DNA of 64,000 nucleotides from Chlamydiota bacterium (GTDB lineage Bacteria; Chlamydiota; Chlamydiia; Chlamydiales; RGXB01): NCBI GenBank assembly GCA_016866495.1, contig VGMG01000006.1, positions 28,513 to 92,512 of the forward strand, read 5' to 3'. Shown piece by piece: positions 57,694 to 64,000 of this stretch (position 1 is its first letter; each line of letters starts with the position of its first letter). The notes under the pieces were generated by a model. It saw only the letters and a program-made list of their open reading frames with translations, ran no database searches and was not told where the DNA came from. The position numbers and the translations under genes were made by a program.

Positions 57694-58673
57694 ATCGGAT
57701 TTGCACCCTGGGTGGTGGAACCGGAAATTATGTGGTCCTTAGAGGGTTGAAAGAATACCCGGTAGATCTGACTGCTATTGTCACTATGGCCGATGACGGT
57801 GGAAGCACTGGAATTTTGCGAGATGAATTGGGGGTTTTACCTGCAGGAGACGTGAGGCAGTGTATAGTTGCGCTGAGTGAATCCTCTGATCTAATGCGAA
57901 ATCTGATGAATTATCGTTTTGACGAGAGTTTCCTTTCGGGTCACGCATTTGGAAATATTTTTTTATCTGCCCTTGAGAAGGTAACTGGGAGTTTTGAAAC
58001 TGCGATAGAAGAGGTGAGTCGTGTTTTGAATATCCGAGGAAAAGTAGTTCCTGTCACGACGCAGCATGTGCGTCTCAAAATGATTTTAAATAACCGTAAA
58101 GTTCTTGAAAGTGAGAAGGAGATCTATCTTTCAGATGAGATTGATCAAGGGTACAGTGCTTTTTTTCTAGATCCCTACCCCCAGGCTAACCCTGAAGCTA
58201 TTAACCGTATACTGAATGCGGATGCGATTGTGATTGGACCAGGAGGGTTATATACATCGGTGATATCCAATCTTTTAGTAGACGGGGTTGTTGAGAACTT
58301 AAAAAAATCTCGGGCTATCAAAATTTTTGTTGTGAATCTTATGAATCGACGTGGGCAAACTACAGGGTTCAAAGTAAGCGATTACGTTAAAGAGCTCGAG
58401 CTTTTCCTAGGGGAAGGGGTGATTGATTACATTGTTGTAAATTCTCAAAGGCCACCGAAAGAGTTAATTGAACGCTACTCTGAAGAGGGGGATCTTGTGG
58501 AGTGCGATCTCCAGGATCAGCGTGTCATTCAGACACCTTTGCTTGGACCGATAGATAAAGCTAATAAAAGGGACTTTTTCAAACGAAACCTCATTCGTCA
58601 TGACTCCGATCGTCTAGCGCGTATTCTCATTCACATCATAGAGGAGGCCAAAAAAAATGCTAGTCCTGTTTGA
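57690..58673 (+). CDS. YvcK / CofD-family protein (UPF0052, gluconeogenesis-factor-like)
   Basis: 327 aa. N-terminal LGGGTGNYVVLRGLK, MADDGGSTG, GPGGLYTS motifs. GTGA overlap with rpe. Confidence 0.83.
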   Translation: MNRICTLGGGTGNYVVLRGLKEYPVDLTAIVTMADDGGSTGILRDELGVLPAGDVRQCIVALSESSDLMRNLMNYRFDESFLSGHAFGNIFLSALEKVTGSFETAIEEVSRVLNIRGKVVPVTTQHVRLKMILNNRKVLESEKEIYLSDEIDQGYSAFFLDPYPQANPEAINRILNADAIVIGPGGLYTSVISNLLVDGVVENLKKSRAIKIFVVNLMNRRGQTTGFKVSDYVKELELFLGEGVIDYIVVNSQRPPKELIERYSEEGDLVECDLQDQRVIQTPLLGPIDKANKRDFFKRNLIRHDSDRLARILIHIIEEAKKNASPV

Positions 58674-59322
58674 TCTTGACGATACTCTGATTGAAACGAC
58701 CTCTTCAATTGTAGAACCTAGGCTGGATCGAGCTTTGGATGAGATGATGCAGCAAGGTCTGAAGCTGGAGGATCGAGAAGAGGCCTTAGAAGTCCTAGAA
58801 AGATTAAATCGCACCGGATCGAGCTCTTTGGAGGCGATAAAAGAATTTTTACACCTTTACGGTGCTGATCCTGATCTTGTTCAAACTGCCGATGAAGCTA
58901 TTCGTGATCCCGAATTTAGGGATTTAGTCCCCCAAACGGTTTTTGGGTCGGAAAAAGTCCTTTATGATCTTAAAAGTCTTGCCAATTTGATCCTCGTTAC
59001 AAAGGGGGAAGAAAATTTTCAGCTAGCAAAGATGAAAAAATCTGGTCTTCCTTATACCTTATTTAGTAAAATTGAGGTCACCCTCTCATCAAAGAAGGGG
59101 TGTTATGAAAACATTTTGAAAGAATTCAAGGTGCCACCGAATCGGGTGATTGTAGTAGCTGATCGAATAGATGTCGACTTAGTCCCGGCTAAAGAGCTGG
59201 GGATGATCACAGTTTTATTTAGGGCGGCTCGCAATCGTTTTAGCATTTTACCCGACTTATGTGTTGATTATGTGATTGAAGATATGGCTCAGCTATATCC
59301 GATAGTGGAGGAAAGATGTTAA
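58657..59322 (+). CDS. HAD-superfamily hydrolase
   Basis: 221 aa. Motif I LFDLDDTL at the N-terminus, later TKG and VADRIDVD (motif IV-like). Overlaps both neighbours. Confidence 0.72.
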   Translation: MLVLFDLDDTLIETTSSIVEPRLDRALDEMMQQGLKLEDREEALEVLERLNRTGSSSLEAIKEFLHLYGADPDLVQTADEAIRDPEFRDLVPQTVFGSEKVLYDLKSLANLILVTKGEENFQLAKMKKSGLPYTLFSKIEVTLSSKKGCYENILKEFKVPPNRVIVVADRIDVDLVPAKELGMITVLFRAARNRFSILPDLCVDYVIEDMAQLYPIVEERC

Positions 59323-59873
59323 CCGTACTAGTCCAGCAACTCGTTCCTGGAACAACAATCCGCTTTGAGGGGAAAATCCTCCTTTTAGAGCAAATTATAA
59401 AAGTCACGTTGCCTAAGGGGCCGCCATTTTATAAGGCTACCCTTAAAGATCCCGTAACTTCAGAAACCTTTGAGAGAAATTTTAAGCCTGACCAAGAGAT
59501 TGAAGAGGTCAAAATTTCTAAAAGAAGATTGGAATACTTGTACCTTGAGGGTAGTGAGCATCTTTTTTTAGATATAGACAACCTTGAGCAGGTATTGGTT
59601 CCCCAAGAAATTATCAAAGATCGAGCCAATTTTCTCAAAGAGGGGGTCGAGGTAAAAGCACTCTTTTATGGCGATACCGTATTTTCTGTAGAGTTACCGC
59701 AATTCTTGGAGCTTCTTGTGGTTAGCGTAAAGGATCAGGGTGGAGGACTTGTTGGGGGCTCAAAAATAGCTTCTTTGGAGACAAATGCGGAGATTGAAGT
59801 ACCGATGTTTATCGAAGTTGGAGATATTATCAAGGTAGATACAACGCAGAATTTGTATATTCAGAGGGTATAA
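59316..59873 (+). CDS. efp: Elongation factor P
   Basis: 185 aa. Three-domain EF-P pattern (PKG loop region, C-terminal VPMFIEVGDIIKVDT). GGAGGA Shine-Dalgarno. Confidence 0.9.
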   Translation: MLTVLVQQLVPGTTIRFEGKILLLEQIIKVTLPKGPPFYKATLKDPVTSETFERNFKPDQEIEEVKISKRRLEYLYLEGSEHLFLDIDNLEQVLVPQEIIKDRANFLKEGVEVKALFYGDTVFSVELPQFLELLVVSVKDQGGGLVGGSKIASLETNAEIEVPMFIEVGDIIKVDTTQNLYIQRV

Positions 59874-60295
59874 TGGATCTGTCGCATATTCAGGTATTGA
59901 TCGATGTTTTGAAAAAAAATGGCATCAAAAACTTTTCATTAAAAGAAACCGATGGTCGTGAGATCTCTTTAGAATTTGCCGGTCATGAGTCTTCCAAAAT
60001 GGAGTCGACTGCTATCGAGGATAGTCCGCAGAAGGCAGCGGTTCAAAGAGCGGAGTCTTTCCAAAATGCAATCAAGGCAGAAATGGTGGGGACTGTCTAT
60101 CTATCTGTTTCTCCCTCAAAACCTAAATTCGTTGAAATTGGATCAAAGGTGCGAAAAGGACAAACAGTTTGTCTGATCGAGGCGATGAAAACCTATTTTG
60201 AAGTCAAGTCCACTCAAGATGGAACAATTGACAAAATCCTTGTGGAAGATAAAGAAGCCGTAGACTTTGGAAAGCCGCTTTTTTCTTTAGTTTAG
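59873..60295 (+). CDS. accB: Biotin carboxyl carrier protein of acetyl-CoA carboxylase
   Basis: 140 aa. Biotinyl-lysine motif CLIEAMKTYFEV. Confidence 0.9.
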   Translation: MDLSHIQVLIDVLKKNGIKNFSLKETDGREISLEFAGHESSKMESTAIEDSPQKAAVQRAESFQNAIKAEMVGTVYLSVSPSKPKFVEIGSKVRKGQTVCLIEAMKTYFEVKSTQDGTIDKILVEDKEAVDFGKPLFSLV

Positions 60296-60330
60296 CCAGA
60301 CATTGTAATTTATCTATTATGAGTTGAGAA

Positions 60331-61704
60331 ATGAAACGGGTTTTAATTGCAAACCGCGGAGAGATTGCGGTTCGTATCATTCGCGCATGCAGGGATCTTG
60401 GATTAGAGACTGTCGCCGTATACTCTACTGCGGATAAAGATTCTCTTCACGTGCTTTTAGCAGATCAATCCATTTGCATAGGGCCCAGTCCTGCGTTGGA
60501 ATCTTACATTAATATTCCTCGAATTTTAAGCGCAATAGAGGTGAGCGGTGCGGATGCTGTCCATCCAGGTTATGGTTTCCTATCCGAAAATGCCGATTTT
60601 GCTCGCCATTGTGAAAAGGGTGGTATTACATTTATTGGCCCATCATCAGATGCTATTGATTCTCTCGGAAATAAAGTTGAGGCCAAAAAAATCGCAACTG
60701 AGGCAAAAGCGCCGGTAGTTCCTGGACGCATCCATGCTTTTTTTGAGCCGTCCGAGGCTTTAGATGAGGCGAGAAATATTGGTTACCCCGTTGTGCTCAA
60801 AGCTAGAAGTGGTGGGGGAGGAAAGGGAATACATATTCTTTTTGATGAGACCGGTTTTGTTGAAAAATTTTATCAGGCACAGCAAGAGGCGAAAAAGTCT
60901 TTTGGGGATGAGGCTTTGTATGTGGAAAAATTCATCGAAAATCCTAGGCACATTGAGGTGCAGATTTTAGCCGATCAACATGGAACAGTTTTGCATCTTT
61001 TTGAAAGGGATTGCACAACACAAAGGCGGCGGCAAAAGTTGATTGAGGAGGCTCCCTCTCCGGCGCTGACACCTCAGGAGAGAAACTATGTGACGCAAGC
61101 AGCGGTCCGTCTTTGTAAAAAGGCTGGATATAATTCTGTTGGTACTGTGGAGTTTCTTTTCGATCAGTCGCGTACCTTTTATTTTATGGAGGTCAATACC
61201 CGTATTCAAGTTGAGCATTGCGTGACAGAAGAGCTTACCGGTGTGGACTTAATTAAAGAGCAGATCAAGGTTGCAGGGGGCCATAAGCTCAATCTTGCCC
61301 AAGAGGATATTGAAATGCGTGGTGCGGTGATAGAGTTTAGAATCAATGCCGAAGATCCATGTAGAAATTTTTTACCTTCCCCTGGAAAAATGGAGATATT
61401 CCAACCTCCCTTAGGTCCTAATATCCGTATGGATACCCACTCGTTTGCAGGATATACCATCCCTCCTTACTACGACTCTATGATTGCCAAACTGATTGTA
61501 AAAGGAAAAGACCGAGAGGAGGCTTTGATTGTTGCAAAAAGAGCTTTGAGAGAATTTTTTGTGGCACCAAATAAGACGACTATTCCGTTTCATCAGCTTC
61601 TGATTGAAAATGAAGAGTTCATCAAAAATAAGCTGACGATTAACACTATCGATCGTTGGATTGAAGAGGGGATTCTTGCTGCACCAGCGCTTGCCCCAGT
61701 CTAA
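60331..61704 (+). CDS. accC: Biotin carboxylase
   Basis: 457 aa. KRVLIANRGEIAVRI, ATP-grasp GGGGKG, EVNTRIQVEH. Confidence 0.95.
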   Translation: MKRVLIANRGEIAVRIIRACRDLGLETVAVYSTADKDSLHVLLADQSICIGPSPALESYINIPRILSAIEVSGADAVHPGYGFLSENADFARHCEKGGITFIGPSSDAIDSLGNKVEAKKIATEAKAPVVPGRIHAFFEPSEALDEARNIGYPVVLKARSGGGGKGIHILFDETGFVEKFYQAQQEAKKSFGDEALYVEKFIENPRHIEVQILADQHGTVLHLFERDCTTQRRRQKLIEEAPSPALTPQERNYVTQAAVRLCKKAGYNSVGTVEFLFDQSRTFYFMEVNTRIQVEHCVTEELTGVDLIKEQIKVAGGHKLNLAQEDIEMRGAVIEFRINAEDPCRNFLPSPGKMEIFQPPLGPNIRMDTHSFAGYTIPPYYDSMIAKLIVKGKDREEALIVAKRALREFFVAPNKTTIPFHQLLIENEEFIKNKLTINTIDRWIEEGILAAPALAPV

Positions 61705-61718
61705 AAAACTTCGGCTAA

Positions 61719-61741
61719 GACCTCTTGATTTTCAAGGGGTC
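61719..61741. terminator. Hairpin between the convergent accC and yitT-like genes
   Basis: 9-bp stem GACCTCTTG / CAAGGGGTC (one G-U pair) with 5-nt loop. No strong T-run. Confidence 0.35.
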
Positions 61742-61774
61742 GACCAATTCTTTAATAGAGGTAAATGGATTAAT

Positions 61775-62686
61775 TTATTCTTGAGACAGAATATTGAGCT
61801 TATTGGTGTTTTTGGATTTGACCTTTTTGGGGGATCGTCCTGATACGAACTCATGAAGATCTTGAATAGTGAGGATCGCGTCGGGGTCCACAGTCAATAC
61901 AAGCTCTTTCAAATCAGCTAAATCAAGGCGTTCTACAACCACCAAAAGGATCTCGCGATTAGTTTTAGAGAATCCTCCGCGTCCATATAGAACAGTTAAT
62001 CCAAGGCCTAATTCGCTTAAAATAATATCACACACCTCCTGTGGTTTTGAAGAGATGATCATTACCTGTTTCAGTTCATCAAGTCCTGTAATCACAAGAT
62101 CGATCATCTTGAAGGCCACAACATAGGTTAATAGAGATCTTAAAGCGATATGCCAATCCTGGAAAATCAATCCGTAGGCAGCAAAAATGAATACATTGAT
62201 AAAAAGAACCACTTGTCCGACAGTGTATCCCATCTTCTTATTGATGATAATGCCAAGAATTTCGGTTCCATCCGTGCAACTACCGCTGCGAATGATGAGC
62301 CCTGCTCCCACGCCAAGAAGAGCGCCACCGACGACAATAATTTCAAGTACATCACCGATGAAAGGGGGTAACTGGCTGCAAAGACTAAGAAAAAGAGCAA
62401 AAAGAAGCACAGCCACGATCATCTGTACAACAAATGTCCGTCGGATAAATTTGGAAGCTAATATAACAAAAGGGGCGTTAAGTAAGATGATATAGAGTGG
62501 TATGTAGGACTCGTTAAAAAGTCGACCTAGAATTAGAGCCACACCGATTACTCCACCGTCAATCAGGTGGGCAGGGACTAAGAAAACTTGAATTGCAAAA
62601 GCTGCAACAAACGCACCAATAACCATCATAATTGTGCTGATGGTAAGTTGGTATAAAGATCTTGATTTGATCATTGCTACAGCCAT
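61775..62686 (-). CDS. YitT-family membrane protein (DUF2179 C-terminal domain)
   Basis: Multi-TM N-domain plus C-terminal GRGGFS...LTIQDLHEF domain. The tracked start at 62719 would overlap tRNA-Asp, so ATG 62686 or 62674 is more likely. Confidence 0.78.
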   Translation of the reverse strand: MAVAMIKSRSLYQLTISTIMMVIGAFVAAFAIQVFLVPAHLIDGGVIGVALILGRLFNESYIPLYIILLNAPFVILASKFIRRTFVVQMIVAVLLFALFLSLCSQLPPFIGDVLEIIVVGGALLGVGAGLIIRSGSCTDGTEILGIIINKKMGYTVGQVVLFINVFIFAAYGLIFQDWHIALRSLLTYVVAFKMIDLVITGLDELKQVMIISSKPQEVCDIILSELGLGLTVLYGRGGFSKTNREILLVVVERLDLADLKELVLTVDPDAILTIQDLHEFVSGRSPKKVKSKNTNKLNILSQE

Positions 62687-62692
62687 AATAAA

Positions 62693-62766
62693 CGGGAGAG
62701 ACGGGACTCGAACCCGCAACTTCTTGCGTGACAGGCAAGTGCTCTAACCGATTGAACTACTCCCCC
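62693..62766 (-). tRNA. tRNA-Asp (anticodon GUC)
   Basis: Hand-folded cloverleaf. Acceptor GGGGGAG/CTCTCCC, anticodon arm CTTGC CTGTCAC GCAAG, T-arm GCGGG TTCGAGT CCCGT. Confidence 0.9.
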
Positions 62767-62776
62767 ACAATGGGAT

Positions 62777-62849
62777 TGGGCACAGCAGGACTCGAACCTA
62801 CGACCACTTGCTTGTAAGGCAAGCGCTCTACCAACTGAGCTATGTGCCC
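62777..62849 (-). tRNA. tRNA-Val (anticodon UAC)
   Basis: Hand-folded cloverleaf. Acceptor GGGCACA/TGTGCCC, D-arm GCTC AGTTGGTA GAGC, anticodon arm CTTGC CTTACAA GCAAG, T-arm GTAGG TTCGAGT CCTGC. Confidence 0.9.
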
Positions 62850-62866
62850 CCATTTGGAATGTGAGT

Positions 62867-62895
62867 AATGTAACACCTTTGTGAATTACAATCAA
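62867..62895 (-). promoter_or_regulatory. Sigma70-like promoter candidate for the tRNA-Val/tRNA-Asp pair (TTGATT-17-TACATT)
   Basis: Read on the minus strand. -35 at 62890-62895, -10 at 62867-62872. The -10 ends 17 nt before the tRNA-Val 5' end. Confidence 0.4.
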
Positions 62896-63068
62896 GGATT
62901 TACCGCATTTAAAAGTGATAAAGAGGCTTGAAAGAGACTTTTTATTTTCAATATCCCTTGTGATACAATTAATAAACTGTTGATTATAAGCAGCTTAAAG
63001 AATTGAGCTTGTTGAGGATTTCTTTGCGTAAAACCCAAATCTTAAGATATTTTGAAAGTGTAAATTTT

Positions 63069-63509
63069 ATGCAGTTTTTTTATTCAATTTGTTTTTTATT
63101 TCTTTTGCTCACTTCATGTGGCTCTCAAAATTGGGAGAAAAAGGCTTCGAGAGTGGACAGAACGGCCTATTTGATCCTGGAAGAGCTTAAGGGTGTAAAT
63201 GACAAAGAGTCACTAGTCGAAAAACAGGAGAGACTAAAAAATCTGTTTAGTGACTGGATTCTTTTTCTTTGTGAAGCCGATGCCGTGAGAAGAAAAAGGG
63301 GTTATGACGGGGTTTTTTCATCAAGCTTGAAGGAGTGCAAAAACTTACAAAATGAGCTAAGTAGGATTCAATTAATTGAGGGCTGCAAGGAAATAATTGA
63401 AAATTGTCAAAGAGATGCCTTACATTTTTTAGATGCCTATGATCGTAAACACCAACGCCAGGACCCTTTTTTAATGTTTCAAAAAAAGGGCACTAGGATT
63501 CGTAGGTAA
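63069..63509 (+). CDS. Putative lipoprotein (146 aa)
   Basis: Signal peptide with lipobox LLTSC (MQFFYSICFLFLLLTSCGSQ). The mature part is helical and charged with several Cys. Start set at ATG 63069. Confidence 0.55.
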   Translation: MQFFYSICFLFLLLTSCGSQNWEKKASRVDRTAYLILEELKGVNDKESLVEKQERLKNLFSDWILFLCEADAVRRKRGYDGVFSSSLKECKNLQNELSRIQLIEGCKEIIENCQRDALHFLDAYDRKHQRQDPFLMFQKKGTRIRR

Positions 63510-63530
63510 AATAAATTTTCTCGGCTAGAT

Positions 63531-64000
63531 CTATTTTTTGTTTTTCATAATCCGATCAACGACAAAAATAGCAATAACGCTAAGACAAAATCCTGGTATC
63601 ATCGGGGGTACTGAAGATCCTAAATAGAGATTTATTGCCGGAAATGAACCACTGACAAAACCTCCTGTAAGAATACCTGCCCACGCGCTGTAGCGATGGA
63701 GTTGCTTTTTAAGGAGGCATGCGATCACTAGAGGTCCAAAAGAGGCGCCCAGGCCAAACCAGGCATACGATACGAGGTCAAATAGAGTGGCCGGTTGAAA
63801 TGAGGCTATGGTGATTGCTATCAGGCCTACAAAGAGTGTCGATAGCCTGGAAACAATGAGCACCTGTTGATTCGATGCCTCTTTGTGAAACATTTTTTTG
63901 TAAAAATCCTCTGCTAAAGTGGAAATTACCACTAGAATTTGTGCTCCCATGGAGGTGATTGTAACTCCTATAATCGCAGACAGGACTAGGCCGAGAAAAA
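63531..64000 (-). CDS. Sodium:solute symporter family permease, C-terminal part (5' end beyond the window)
   Basis: The frame stays open to the window edge (..FLGLVLSAIIGVTITSMGAQILVVISTLAEDFYKK). SSS-family motif resembling PutP/PanF (..STLAEDFYK..). Several TM segments. Confidence 0.8.
   Translation of the reverse strand, partial: FLGLVLSAIIGVTITSMGAQILVVISTLAEDFYKKMFHKEASNQQVLIVSRLSTLFVGLIAITIASFQPATLFDLVSYAWFGLGASFGPLVIACLLKKQLHRYSAWAGILTGGFVSGSFPAINLYLGSSVPPMIPGFCLSVIAIFVVDRIMKNKK

Noticed and set aside
62677-62895. 72-aa ORF covering 62677-62895, and the 5' extension of the YitT-family ORF to 62719
   Set aside because: Both overlap the tRNA-Asp and tRNA-Val genes, whose cloverleaves fold cleanly. 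The ORFs are artefacts of the GC-rich tRNA sequence.
1-64000. Search for mobile elements, prophage remnants, restriction-modification, toxin-antitoxin, CRISPR-Cas or other defence islands
   Set aside because: Every ORF above ~100 aa that is not antisense to a called gene is accounted for by a housekeeping family or by one of the isolated hypothetical genes listed. No transposase, integrase, nuclease-helicase or methyltransferase signatures were seen, no flanking direct repeats, and no obvious compositional island.

Overview
Gene-dense, moderately AT-rich chromosomal core segment. Gene content and local gene order point to a member of the Chlamydiota, probably an environmental chlamydia-like organism rather than Chlamydiaceae proper. 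Supporting traits: a single fused GlyQS ORF, a ~890-aa FtsH with a very large ectodomain, an sctU-sctV pair directly downstream of ychF, glgA and glgB, a two-HKD PLD-family protein, and a protein with an Inc-like bilobed hydrophobic domain. Several blocks match the Chlamydia trachomatis gene order as I recall it (not checked): uvrC-mutS...glyQS-pgsA-glgA-L25-pth-S6-S18-L9-ispE; lptF/G-tilS-ftsH-pnp; sctV-sctU-ychF...truB-rbfA-infB-nusA-rpsA; rpe...efp-accB-accC. I call 57 CDS (one truncated by the window end), 3 tRNAs (Gln-UUG; Val-UAC and Asp-GUC as a pair), one intragenic tandem-repeat array, several hairpin terminators and a few sigma70-like promoter candidates. I see no rRNA, CRISPR array, transposase, integrase, phage gene or recognisable defence or toxin-antitoxin module. 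I do not see a convincing novel multi-gene system. The items most worth a second look are: (1) about 20 tandem copies of a 33-bp (11-aa) repeat inside infB; (2) ADP-heptose pathway genes (hldD plus a kinase-only hldA) in a chlamydial context; (3) an aspartokinase lacking ACT regulatory domains; (4) an Inc-like coiled-coil membrane protein; (5) several tightly coupled ORFs of unknown function (136, 78, 283 and 608 aa); (6) a synteny break where pnp lacks rpsO and is preceded by sctV plus a perfect 25-bp palindrome. All functional calls rest on motifs read from the ORF translations; no database search was run.
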